From Ascidiella aspersa (lineage: Eukaryota), in NCBI GenBank assembly GCA_963924565.1, contig OZ004609.1, forward strand, positions 7,502,001 to 7,566,000: a stretch of DNA of 64,000 nt, written 5' to 3'. This document shows positions 37,139-51,300 of the stretch, one piece after another (within the stretch, counting starts at the first letter, position 1; each line of letters opens with the position of its first letter). Under the pieces are notes generated by a model, which was not told where the DNA came from, searched no databases, and saw only the letters and a list, made by a program, of their open reading frames with translations. Both the position numbers and the translations under genes were made by a program.

Positions 37139-40100
37139 TCAGCAGAACCTGTAGCGACCTCCGTAGCAAGACAGGCGGTATCTGTAGGTACGGCTGAAAG
37201 AAAACAACAAGGATTAGGTACAAACCAAATATCAGCTTAAAAATTCCAAAACGCTTTGCGGTTGAATTCTATTGACATGTGTGCCGCTATTTTTCGTTAG
37301 AATGGATAAAAGACAATTAACTATATACTAAATGTAAAAAACGCTTCACAAAACGGAATAACCTAGGATTAAAAACAAAAAAGTTTTGCAAACCTTAACA
37401 TAACATAACGACAACATTTTCCAAATTACATTACGTAAAGGGCTAGATTCCAATTTGTTTACATGGGTGCAAAATAGTTAAGACCATAATATTCTCCATC
37501 CGAAAGAGATCGTCTTCATAGAACAGAAACACTAAACTATTGCCAATCTTATTGCAACGGGAAAACAGCAGGAAAGGTGAAATTAATCTAATTGCAATTA
37601 AGTAAAAGGCGACTTACCAGTAAGAGCGGTACTTGTAGCGGTAGGTGCAGCCGCTTGGATAGCAGATGCTCCACTTGTAGTAGTTGCCGAAGCAGAAGCC
37701 GGGGAAGCACCACCTGGCGATCTTGCATTTGTAACAGCACGAATAATGCTGAACCAAAGCGGGCAAGTCGGTTTGCCAGCACTCGTCGAACTTGGCAAGG
37801 ATCTCGTCATCCCTGTATTTGTTCAATGCAGCGAGATAACTTGTGAGGAGTGTGGTGACCTCATCGGGCAAGGTTTCGCCGAACATGAACTTCAGCATGC
37901 TCGTGTAACGACCAATTTGAACTTGAATGGCCTGGAAAGTGCAGTTTCCAAATAAAAACTGGCTCGTTGAATAAAAGGTATTCGCACAGTTTTGCCCAGC
38001 GTATGGTGTAGCACTTTTATTTGCGAGTGACCAAAAAACTGAAATCAAGTCCAATGAACGCAGAATATTTGTGCAATATTTACTTAATCAACACCGTGTA
38101 AATATAATAATACGTTAGACCCCTTATTACTCACATCGTCAACGGCCTTCTTAAGACATTCGCGTTGTGCGTCGCGTTTTCCTTCCAACTTTGTCTGATA
38201 TTCACCGATTGCCGTAGTTCTGTCAGTAAGACACGTTGAGTACTTGGTTTTGACGTCTTCGATGTAGCCTTCAAGACGCAGTTTGTAGGCGTCGCGTTTT
38301 GCGTTGAAGTCTGTCTCGGCATCGTCACGGTAACCCTTGAGCTTTTCCTCGTATTCTGTCACTTTGCCGTCAACCAAACCTTCCAATTCGCTCTTTTTAG
38401 CGTCAACCTCTGTTTGCTGCTCGGTCGTCAGCTCCTTGGAATTGTTGCTGCAAAGTCAAATAATAACAGTTTAAGCAATTTCAATTAAAAAGTAGTTGAT
38501 TTTCAGATTTCTGATAACAAGTAGTTGATTTTTGTAAAACAAAGCTCAAGTGATGTTCGAACCAAAAAACGTCGGAATGGGGACACAAGCAAACTGGAAT
38601 GAGTTCGAAACTTGGTGAAAGAACGATGTGCTAATGCGGCGATGAAGAAAGCAACTTACATGCAATAGTAGTGGTTGATCAATTGGTTGACTTCCCACTC
38701 GTCACGAGCCTCGACCACTTGGCGATACTTAGTGGAGTAAGTTGCATGGATACCCTCCCACTTGAGCTTCCAAGCGTCGAACAAGCCTTGGATTTTAGTG
38801 ATTGCGTCGTCCTTTGCTGTTGTCATATCCTTAACGGCATCGTCTGCTGTTGGGTTAACTGCGTCTGTAAATAGAAGCACAAGTCAAAACAAAATTCATG
38901 GCAATATAAGTGTAAACATTGTGCTCCTAAAGAAAAGCCGTGGATAGACGACATTCAAAAAGTGGTTAAAAATCTATTAAAAGGCGACAAATCGTATTAA
39001 ACGGCTTTCATGAAAAAGTTTCATAGTTCCTTTAAAAGTCAATTATTGCTTTTTTATGGCAATAAAAACGTAACTAAAAACAAGGTAAAGTATAAATTAT
39101 TCAAGTTTCGTTTGAAAACTAAACAGAAAGTATCGCATGGTTTACTTACCAACGTCGCAAGTCTTCAGGCCAGTGTAGCTGACTTTACGCCATCTGTAGC
39201 AGAATGGGCCGATGGAGTATGAGCGGACACAATAACTGCTCTTGAAGCAGTACCAGTTTCTCAGACTGCGACTTTAAACGAAATTAACATTGTGGAATAC
39301 TATCTACTGAATTACAACAGGTTTTTAGAAATAATTTACGTGTTTAACATTCTGGTAAGAGTTTGTCAATTGTAATAACTTTTGTGGCACTTAACCCGTT
39401 TCGTATAGGCAGGTTCATATTGACCGTATGAATATTTTGAATAGGCAATATAATTATGTAGAAAAAGTACTAGGAATTGTGGAACACGTTTGTTGATATA
39501 TTTAGTATTTTGTAAAATAGCATTGTTTTATTTGTTATTGTGCGATATTCTGTTTAGTTTTGCAGAATCAAAGCACTCACCATCCATGATAGTAGTTACG
39601 CTTGTAGAATTTGAGGTAACAATTGGTGAGGAAGCATCTGTAGGCGCAAGAGTAGTACATGACAAGCTTATCCTTATTTTCGTTCAGCTTGGTTTCGTAT
39701 TCATCCGCCCAACCAGTGATCTTAGCAGTTTCGTCATCGCTGTACTTGGTAATGGCAGCTTCAATCACCTCGTCGGTCAAATGTGTTTCCGTGTCCAACT
39801 TTTCTGTAAATTGTTGCATTGCAATGACTCGAGCAGTTATCGCATTGTAAGTTGCTCGACGTCCAACCTACCGTGAGCGCGTTCAAGGGAGCAACGAAGA
39901 GCCGCCTTCTTCTGTTCAAGGATTTTGTTGTGGTATTCGGTGAACTTCGTCTTGTAGTCGGTCACCTTTTGAGCCAGGGCGGACGTGTATTTAGTGATCT
40001 TGGTGTTCCTTGTGTTAAGGCATTCGACGGCACTGCAAACAATATTTGACGGTTTGAATGGCATATTAAAAGGTACTGTGTTTGCTAAATTATAGCACTT

Positions 40101-43100
40101 GATTTGTCAAGATTAAAATCGTTTTCCACATATCTTGACGTTTACTTAACACTGTGATATATTTATAAACAACTATATGGAATTGCAAGAATGTGCCAAA
40201 AAATGTCCTACGGTAATGACTACGTTATCACACATATTAAATTTGAACTTTTTAAAATGCCAAATGCAATCGCAGTAAGATTATTGTTGCATATGTTTGG
40301 TATTTAGATTTTTTAAGTGAATAAGTATTGAAGGTATCCAACCGTGAGACCAACTCCTTGTGGTAATCTTCAACCGCTGTTTTCTTTGCCGCAAGAGCAG
40401 TGCCATAATCGCTTTTTGCTTTTGTGACTTTACCGTCGATATCTTCGTTGTAGAGTCTTATCTTTTCATCCCTTTCGTCGCGAAGTGTTTGTTTATCCGC
40501 CTCCTCTTCTTTGGCACTGTTAGAAAGAAAAAAACATTATTACAAGGTTTTGTGAATCTCTTTTGTGAAAAAAACAAATAAACATTAAACTGGATATTTA
40601 ACAGAAAAATAAATTGAGCATAAATTAATGTATCAGGCAGTTTATTGGCCGTACGAAAATTCGAGTTTGTATGTTTTTTTGTTTAAAATTTATTAGGCTA
40701 ATGTTCACCACCAACCATTTCGGACTGTCGTTTTAGCTTTTAAACCAGTGGTTCCCAAACATGTTTGGCTCGCTGCACACATAAAAATCTTAAGTATTTC
40801 GCGGCACACTTTTAACAGAAAACAATAGAGTAATCTTAAAATCGCCCTTAACACACGACGAACTATATGTAAAAGTCTCAAAATTATTAGTTTGTAATGG
40901 ATAGTGCGTATTTAAGTGTAAAATGATTGTGTATATGCCTATTTGTAATACAAATACTTATTACTAAATCATGAAATGTTAATATAAAGAACGTCTAATT
41001 ACTCAATCAAGTATTTGTAATATGTTTCAATGTGATTCTTGAAGGCATCTTTGTAGAGGCCGGCACGCTTGTCTAAGTCGGCTTCCCAGTCGGTTTTACG
41101 CGAGTCCATCTCTCCAGTGATCCTAGTGTACTCAGTTGAAAGTTCTCCTTCCATTTCTGTTTTGACTTCGTCGACGGTTTTTTCTGCAAAACAATGGTGA
41201 TTTTCAGACGGAGAAGCATTACCAAGCTAATACCCTGCATTAAAGAATAACGTTAAGCTTTTTGCATTCATAAACAGCTTCAACTTACAAGACAAACTTT
41301 ACTGCTAGACTTTTGACGGTAATGAATAAATAATAAATAAAAGGGGTGGGGCACCGCTAGATTTAGCACTTGCAGATTATTGCGTCATAATTAAATAAAA
41401 ACAATGTGGTTTCGAGGGGCGCAAGAGAGTGTTGCCAACTAGGGAGCGGCGAAATGTGCAGCCAACTGAACGACTCGGTGGAAATCTGTTTTTGGGCTGG
41501 ATGCCGGAGGGTAATTCGTGGTGGCTATGCGAGGCCAAAGAGTTCCCGAACGAATTTATGCGAGGCAACTTCGCAAAAGTTTTATTTTGTCTCCCAAAAC
41601 CTATGCGCAACGTTGTTCAACAGCTGTCTAGCAGTAACAGTTGACCTAAAGTGCGAGTATTACGTCACAATGCCGTGTAAGGTGGCGTGATTTTCTAGTG
41701 CTGTAGAGAAAGGCCAGTTTAGTAGTGAGTGTATTTCGCAAAAGAAAAAGCAGGCGAGCACTTTGCTTTTTCCTTTGCGCATATGCAAGGTTGTTTCATG
41801 TTTTAAAGTTTGCATATCTTACGCAGGCTGCTTGAAGTTTAGCAAAAACTTTTAAATTTAGAGCAACACCAAAAATTATTTATTTAAACAAAATTTCTCC
41901 TTACATAAAGCAAAAATGTCTCTTCTAATCTTGTTTTAACGCTCTGCGCCTTGATTTCATTCTTATTTTTGGCGGTAATTAATTTTAGTTATTCATTGCA
42001 AAACTGTATTGTTTTTGAAAACCAGAAATTGGTGATAACTAAGAAAGCGTCAAACCTTGCCATTCCTCTGTCCCACAGTCGCTCTTTGGGTAGTAGCTAA
42101 GGATTTTAGTGTAGTAACTGCTCGTGCACCAGCAGCTCTTGAAGTAGACGTTAAACCTCCAGAAGGTGTAGGGAGGGTAAACGTTGAAATGGTGGGAGCA
42201 GTAGTACTTGTAGCCGTACGTATAATAATACGAACCGGCGTTGGCCGCCTGCATTAAACAAAATGCTGTGATTAGCAAAGTTTTTATTCAGGGAAATTGA
42301 AAGTTAAGGTTCCTTAAGCAAATTTATGGACTTAACCTTTACAGTTTTTAGACAAACTTCAAACAAAGTATATTTTTTATGTATTTGTTTAATCTAAACA
42401 ATATTCAAAACACAACCAATTTCATTTCAAACCGGCGCTTCTCCTTACCAAGGTAAAAAAGGCAAACACGCGCGGTTGCTGATTATTTTTATTGGTTAAG
42501 CTCAATTTTAACCTCGCAGCAGCCGCAACCAGGATTCCCCGTAGTTGACAAATTCATTAGCAGGCTTCAATAGGTTGTGCTGCACACATGTTTTCTGTAT
42601 TCTTAACTAAGATAACCAGTATACCATACGTAAGTAAGTTGCTGAGCACCTGTGTTTAGAAAACCAAAACAGCCTTGAAGCTCTTTTTTTAATTGTTGAA
42701 AAACGTACTATACACAAATCGAAAATGGCTAATGAAAATACAACAACAAAAACAACAAGTTACGGGTTTTGTTTGAAATATTCAGCAATTTGTTTTATGT
42801 TTTACTTGTTTTAGTGCAATACCACAGGCGTTTTGTTTTCAAAAAGAACTTTACAAAAAAAGAAGAAAAAAGAACTGGAGAAAAAATTACGAGTTTTAGG
42901 CGATAAAACAGTGAGAAATTATTTAAAGGAATAAACATTTAAGGGGATACACTTAAACGCGCTTTATTATTAGCAGGCTCACTTCCCGTCTGTCAACTGT
43001 GGGGAATAAAGTATAAAAGTCAAACAAACAACGCGTATATTTCTACTGAATTAGCCTAGAATTAGGCGGTATTTCCAACCACTCAACAAAATCAAAACAG

Positions 43101-45105
43101 TCTCAATAATGGATTGTAGATTGTTGGTAAATTTATCGGGCCTTCAACACATCTAGCCTTGTGTAAGGACAAAAGCTGCCTTATATAAAATTTTCAAGTG
43201 CGTAGTGGTTAAACGAGGGGTGACACATTTTTCGATGCCGATAATTGTAAGAGAGAAACATTGTTTTTTGCAAAAACTAAATTAATTTTTTTTTGTTTTC
43301 TGTCATTCAATTTTTTCCCAAAAATACAGCTTTTAGAAATACGTGGAGGGAAAATGAATTGTTTTAAAGCTAACGACCTGAAAATTTTTTTAGTATGTTT
43401 TGTTGTTGCTAGGGTTGATTAAAATAGGCTTGCAAAAAATTGTGCCCCTCTTTTTGTTCAACTAATTACTCGCAATCATTCTCAGTGCCTTAACCAACGT
43501 CTGCTGGAACGAAAGAAAAAGCTATTATTTGATGGTTGCTTGAAATCGCGATTTAAACATTCAAGTTTACAATGTGCCTTTATCACCTGTCGGATCCACT
43601 TTAATCTGATTTTTATGTTAAGATAGTAAATTTTACCAGGGATACCAACTACCACAGTCGCACGTTATGCTATTATTGTTCCCTAACGTTACGACGCACA
43701 AACAGTTTTAAAGACCTTATGCGAACATTGAAAACAACAAAATTATGCCGTTGTTTTACGTCATGTACGGGTTTTGATTTTTAAAAGCACATGAAAAATC
43801 TAAGGAATATATCAAATAAATTGAGTCGAAACTAGAAATGTTTTGGTAAAACTAAAAGCCCGATTACCAAATTGGCGCAAGAGACACCAATTATTATCAC
43901 TATCGTTTAGGAGGCCAAGATTAGTGTTTTTTATAATTAAACACAACACGTGTAGTTCTAAAATCTAGACTGCGTATAGCAGTAGAAAGAAATGCGTCCC
44001 TACGGTCGTGGAATAGACAAATCTCTGTGCAATATAAATATAGTAAATTAAAATAAAAACACTAATTTTTGTTTGAAGCCGTACTTTATATACCTTTTGC
44101 CCAAACGCAATTCTTGTATCTACATCGGGGTAGACTTTTAAGTAAATTGTATTTAGTGCTTAGCCGCAATATTTTTGTGATGTTTTTTGTTTCTTTTGTT
44201 TTCATATATCTCAATTGAAATATTTTTAGTATCAGAGCTGATATGCCCGGTGCTAAGTGATATAATATCGGCACTCGTCCGATATTCTTGTGGTATCGGT
44301 GCTAATTTAATCCAACACGATATTGCAATTTGTTTTGCGAGCAAAAGTTGTTAACAGTCAAAAAAGATATTTCAAAATCGTTGTTCATCAACAACCAAGG
44401 GTAATTGGGCTTCTCAAAGCTCAAGATCACATTAACCTTGACAAAATGCCTACACACGTTTTAAGTTCGCCAATTTGACTTGTTTGGCCATCGTAGCAAC
44501 GTTAATCGACTGCGCTTCCGTACTTCGCCCCAAATATCGGCAATCGGAATAAAACACGAAAGATTAGAGAACCCTCTATAGTCACCAAAAGTATTACAGA
44601 GCTCTTGGTAACTAACCGTGTTACCGTCTATTTGTGATTTCATACTTGAAGCAATGCACCTGGATAAACGTTAGTTTTTCGCTACAGTTTTATCTGCAGT
44701 TGTTTGTTTTAGACCTAACGAGTCTAACTGTGAAGAAAAAAATGGTTTAGTGTCAAATCACGGGCTCGGGCATTTTACCACAATCTTCCCGGTAACGTTT
44801 CTGCAAATCATCGAAAAAAAAACCCTGCAAAACGTGAAGAAAGGTGGCAAGAAATGCCACATAACGTTAGCACTAGTGTCCTTTTCTAAAAGACGTTCAA
44901 CATGCCAGTAACGTAAATTCATCGTTGGGTGACGTCATACTGCTGTGTCGTCCGAGGAAATCTATAGCTGTAAATTGACAGAAAATTTCTCCAGAGGTTT
45001 AGCAAGAGGCACAAAGCAAGGACGAAATAAGCGTCACTGCTTTCGAAAAAAATATTAACGAGAACTCACCGCAATGCAAGCCAGTAGAACGATCAGGATT
45101 CTCAT
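37139..45105 (-). CDS. Copy D: apparently intact 11-exon gene
   Basis: Exons: 45105-45070, 42248-42056, 41183-41003, 40516-40343, 40032-39872, 39803-39581, 39271-39150, 38864-38660, 38447-38135, 37931-37618, 37193-37139. Splice sites are retained. Confidence 0.88.
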
Positions 45106-48100
45106 CTTCTGCAAGTTCTCTTCCTCTTGTCTTCGAGTGAAAGACTGAAGATGGCTTATTGGTGCGGCGATTATATAGAGTATCGCGTGGCTTTGAAGAG
45201 GTGCTGTTTTTAACAACCAAGAAAAATATTTTTGGGGCCGCTGTTGGAGCACCGGACACCTGAGACGCAAAGCACTCTCGACAAATCGCGTCGTGGCCCT
45301 CATGCAAGCGCGTTCAGCTAACCTTCAAGTGTAGTTTCGTGCATGCCTGCCACTCTCGCCTGTCAATCATCCTGCATCTCGTCTGTGCTGTGAGCCGTTT
45401 GTCACATTGATCAAGGGTCTAATCGCGCAGTAATTGCTCTCGGGACGCAAAATTCCGCTAGGTTTGCGACATCTGAAGTTCCACCTGACGATTGTTGAAG
45501 AGCTCTCGTCCAGAGCCGACCGATTCCGTGACGATCGAATCGCTGAGGTTTGTATGTTTAAGCACTACCTGCCGATGAATCGAGAGCTCGCGCAACAATC
45601 AATTCCTCTCGTGCCGATGCAATGTTTTCAACTTGTTATGACGTTGACGATGATGTTGCTATGCCACGTGGTGCACACATGTCAAGGGCTAACTAGGAAA
45701 ATCTACCGGTAATTTTCCACTGTGGTTGGATTCCGCTGACAGTTATCCAGACACTGCAGAAATGGATGCTCTCTTAATTAGTTGATGTCTGGATCGCATT
45801 TAAGTGAAATGCAGCACTAGGCTACAAAACAATACTATGACTATCAATATCATCACTGTTTACTTTGATGTAAATCATTCAACACACTAATAAAAGGTGA
45901 TGTATTTAACTTATCTTTGTTTTTGTCTTAAGCTGTGTCTAAATCAAATAATTTTGTTAATAACGCTTCAGATGTGTAAGCAAATTATATAAGACCCATT
46001 TGTTTTTTTGTCCGATTGGGTTTTACAGTGTAAATTTCCGAACATCTACATTTTTCCTTGTGTGTTTCGTAAAATGCTTGCTGCACGTTAAGCCCCAAAG
46101 CTGTGTTTTAATTGTTTCAATGTGGTTCGCTACTTCGCACCTTGCAGTAGATACATTTTATTTTAGGCACCACAATTGGCGCTGTTTTCGAATTATCCGT
46201 GACGATCGAACCACTGAGGTTTGTCTGTTTTAAGCATAACCTGCCGATGAATCGAGAGCTCGGGCAGCAATCAATTGCTCTCGTGACGATGCAATGTTTT
46301 CCGGTTGTTATGACGTTGACGATGAGGTTGCTATGTCACGTGGCTCACAGATGTCAAGCGCTAAATTGGAACTTACTGGTAATTTTCCACTGGGATGTAT
46401 ATCAATCAAAGCAGCACTTAGAGTGTATTCGGGTTTTGATTTACCACCTTAGCTTGCCCTGTTAACACGAATTTAGGCACTTTACAACTACTCCTATCTC
46501 ACATATTTATGGAACATTTCTTTACGACAAACAGTTAACCTAAAGTCTTTTTAAAAACCCAGTTTAAAAACCTGGGTATGCGTGTGTATGAAGATGGAAT
46601 TATCTAATTTGATAGGCGCATTATTTCGCTTTAAAAAATACATTTTAATGTTTTTAACAATAGTTTATAAAATAAAGTGTTTTTTATCTTGTGTCGATCT
46701 TAAACGTATTGTTTAGGTATCACTAATCAGTAACCTGCACTTGATAATTTCGGGGACTTTGGCAAGTTCTGAACGTTTTAAAATAAATGTAGCAATTATT
46801 TTAGCGAAACCGGAAGAAAATACCCTGGTCTGTGTCTGAATTGGTTAGCAAGTATTCAAACACGCCACCTAGCAGCACAAAGATAATTTAGCAACTGTTA
46901 CATTTGGCGTTTTTGTTTAAACTTAAGTTGAAATCACTTTTGGGAAAAGCAGCTTTATGTATTGCGAAGTAGTAATGTTCTTACAACATATCTCCCTTTA
47001 AATTTTGTTTTATTCTGTATTTTCTGTTGGAGAAAACGAAATTTAAATATAGTTGTTTTTATTCAATTTTCGAGTCATAAATAATATGACTATAGGCCTA
47101 TCACTTTGCCTCCACTCCAATGCATATTGGCCAAATAGGTGTTTTAGTTTGTATTTATTAAAGGAGGAATTAAAATATTCTCTTAAATGTGCATTTGTTC
47201 TGAATATGCTAAAATATATTCAAAATAAAGCGGCTACTTTTTAACATACCCGTGTATGGCAAAGATTATTTAGATATTAGTAGGTTTTCTGCAACATATC
47301 AGATTTCATGTTGTGCTAAACGGGCTTGAAATGGTTAACTTTTGCATACGCAATAAACTCCTAGATTCAATGTAGAGTAACTAAATCAGGAAACTTCATT
47401 AGGAACATTTTGGTTTATAATTTTTGGCAGTTGAAAAATATTTGTATAATTTTAAGCGCTTAGCATATTTTCAGACAAAACTGCATAAACGTTATTGCTA
47501 CACTTCATAAATAATATTGTTGCAAAGTTGTATTCAGGTGAAAAGTCAAACAAGGATAAGCATCGATGAAGAATACCGCTCGATTTTTTGGTTGCGGGGG
47601 AGCTGGAAAGGATTGTCTGGCGAGCGGTGATATAGGCAGCTAGTTGAAGAATTTGTGGAAAGTTGCAGTTCGGGACGGGCGCAAGTGGGTCGGGCTTTGC
47701 GGTGAGGGGCAGCCAAAGGGCTTTCGGACAAATTCGGGTTTGCAAAAGGTTTATTTTGTTTCCAAAACTGTCTGCGCAACGTTGTTCAGCAGCTAGCTAG
47801 CTAGCAGCAAGCAGTTTCACCTTAGGCTCGATTGTTACGTCATAATGCCCTGGAAGGTGGCGAGATTCGTATGCGCTAATGCATTAGGGAAAAAGGCCGG
47901 TTTAGTATTGGGAGTTTTTTTCTTTGCGATTAGGAGCGTTTATTGGTTTTGTTTAGTTGTTTATGTTCGACACAATAAGTCAAAATTTCAAAGTGTTAAA
48001 ACAAGTTGCGCTTTATTGTTGCTAAAGGGAAAAATAGTTAGAGCTCTAGATTTTATCACATTTTAGTCGCCATCGGAAATGGGCAAGTTGTTCGAGGGTG

Positions 48101-48344
48101 CTAACAAACATAAAATGAATGTTGATACTTCTGTTTTATCCTATATCATTAGCAGTATTTTCTGAAATCAAACAAAACCGTCTGCCCAAAAAAGTCAACT
48201 TGAAACAAACACAATTTAATGTTGTTATTTTTGTTTTATTTTTCCGCAACGATGTTGGAAATCAAGTGAAGGCTTATTAAGTAAGCGATCACAATTCTAA
48301 TTGGCACTACGTTTCCGAACATCGTCTGCTGGTTGACGGTATAC

Positions 48345-51300
48345 TCAGCAGAACCTGTAGCGACCTCCGTAGCAAGACAGGCGGTATCTGTAGGTACGGC
48401 TGAAAGAAAACAACAAGGATTAGGTACAAACCAAATATCAGCTTAAAAATTCCAAAACGCTTTGCGGTTGAATTCTATTGACATGTGTGCCGCTATTTTT
48501 CGTTAGAATGGATAAAAGACAATTAACTATAAACTAAATGTAAAAAACGCTTCACAAAACGGAATAACCTAGGATTAAAAACAAAAAAGTTTTGCAAACC
48601 TTAACATAACATAACGACAACATTTTCCAAATTACATTACGTAAAGGGCTAGATTCCAATTTGTTTACATGGGTGCAAAATAGTTAAGACCATAATATTC
48701 TCCATCCGAAAGAGATCGTCTTCATAGAACAGAAACACTAAACTATTGCCAATCTTATTGCAACGGGAAAACAGCAGGAAAGGTGAAATTAATCTAATTG
48801 CAATTAAGTAAAAGGCGACTTACCAGTAAGAGCGGTACTTGTAGCGGTAGGTGCAGCCGCTTGGATAGCAGATGCTCCACTTGTAGTAGTTGCCGAAGCA
48901 GAAGCCGGGGAAGCACCACCTGGCGATCTTGCATTTGTAACAGCAGGAATAATGCTGAACCAAAGCGGGCAAGTCGGTTTGCCAGCACTCGTCGAACTTG
49001 GCAAGGATCTCGTCATCCCTGTATTTGTTCAATGCAGCGAGATATCTGGTGATGAGTGTGGTGGCCTCATCGGGCAAGGTTTCGCCGAACATGAACTTCA
49101 GCATGCTCGTGTAACGACCAATTTGAACTTGAATGGCCTGGAAAGTGCAGTTTCCAAATAAAAACTGGCTCGTTGAATAAAAGGTATTCGCACAGTTTTG
49201 CCCAGCGTATGGTGTAGCACTTTTATTTGCGAGTGACCAAAAAACTGAAATCAAGTCCAATGAACGCAGAATATTTGTGCAATATTTACTTAATCAACAC
49301 CGTGTAAATATAATAATACGTTAGACCCCTTAGATTTACTCACATCGTCAACGGCCTTCTTAAGACATTCGCGTTGTGCGTCGCGTTTTCCTTCCAACTT
49401 TGTCTGATATTCACCGATTGCCGTAGTTCTGTCAGTAAGACACGTTGAGTACTTGGTTTTGACGTCTTCGATGTAGCCTTCAAGACGCAGTTTGTAGGCG
49501 TCGCGTTTTGCGTTGAAGTCTGTCTCGGCATCGTCACGGTAACCCTTGAGCTTTTCCTCGTATTCTGTCACTTTGCCGTCAACCAAACCTTCCAATTCGC
49601 TCTTTTTAGCGTCAACCTCTGTTTGCTGCTCGGTCGTCAGCTCCTTGGAATTGTTGCTGCAAAGTCAAATAATAACAGTTTAAGCAATTTCAATTAAAAA
49701 GTAGTTGATTTTCAGATTTCTGATAACAAGTAGTTGATTTTTGTAAAACAAAGCTCAAGTGATGTTCGAACCAAAAAACGTCGGAATGGGGACACAAGCA
49801 AACTGGAATGAGTTCGAAACTTGGTGAAAGAACGATGTGCTAATGCGGCGATGAAGAAAGCAACTTACATGCAATAGTAGTGGTTGATCAATTGGTTGAC
49901 TTCCCACTCGTCACGAGCCTCGACCACTTGGCGATACTTAGTGGAGTAAGTTGCATGGATACCCTCCCACTTGAGCTTCCAAGCGTCGAACAAGCCTTGG
50001 ATTTTAGTGATTGCGTCGTCCTTTGCTGTTGTCATATCCTTAACGGCATCGTCTGCTGTTGGGTTAACTGCGTCTGTAAATAGAAGCACAAGTCAAAACA
50101 AAATTCATGGCAATATAAGTGTAAACATTGTGCTCCTAAAGAAAAGCCGTGGATAGACGACATTCAAAAAGTGGTTAAAAATCTATTAAAAGGCGACAAA
50201 TCGTATTAAACGGCTTTCATGAAAAAGTTTCATAGTTCCTTTAAAAGTCAAATATTGCTTTTTTATGGCAATAAAAACGTAACTAAAAACAAGGTAAAGT
50301 ATAAATTATTCAAGTTTCGTTTAAAAACTAAACAGAAAGTATCGCATGGTTTACTTACCAACGTCGCAAGTCTTCAGGCCAGTGTAGCTGACTTTACGCC
50401 ATCTGTAGCAGAATGGGCCGATGGAGTATGAGCGGACACAATAACTGCTCTTGAAGCAGTACCAGTTTCTCAGACTGCGACTTTAAACGAAATTAACATT
50501 GAGTGGATACTATCTACTGAATTACAACAGGTTTTTAGAAATAATTTACGTGTTTAACATTCTGGTAAGAGTTTGTCAATTGTAATAACTTTTGTGGCAC
50601 TTAACCCGTTTCGTATAGGCAGGTTCATATTGACCGTATGAATATTTTGAATAGGCAATATAATTATGTAGAAAAAGTACTAGGAATTGTGGAACACGTT
50701 TGTTGATATATTTAGTATTTGTTAAAATAGCATTGTTTTATTTGTTATTGTGCGATATTCTGTTTAGTTTTGCAGAATCAAAGCACTCACCATCCATGAT
50801 AGTAGTTACGCTTGTAGAATTTGAGGTAACAATTGGTGAGGAAGCATCTGTAGGCGCAAGAGTAGTACATGACAAGCTTATCCTTATTTTCGTTCAGCTT
50901 GGTTTCGTATTCATCCGCCCAACCAGTGATCTTAGCAGTTTCGTCATCGCTGTACTTGGTAATGGCAGCTTCAATCACCTCGTCGGTCAAATGTGTTTCC
51001 GTGTCCAACTTTTCTGTAAATTGTTGCATTGCAATGACTCGAGCAGTTATCGCGTTGTAAGTTGCTCGACGTCCAACCTACCGTGAGCGCGTTCAAGGGA
51101 GCAACGAAGAGCCGCCTTCTTCTGTTCAAGGATTTTGTTGTGGTATTCGGTGAACTTCGTCTTGTAGTCGGTCACCTTTTGAGCCAGGGCGGACGTGTAT
51201 TCAGTGATCTTGGTGTTCCTTGTGTTAAGGCATTCGACGGCACTGCAAACAATATTTGACGGTTTGAATGGCATATTAAAAGGTACTGTGTTTGCTAAAT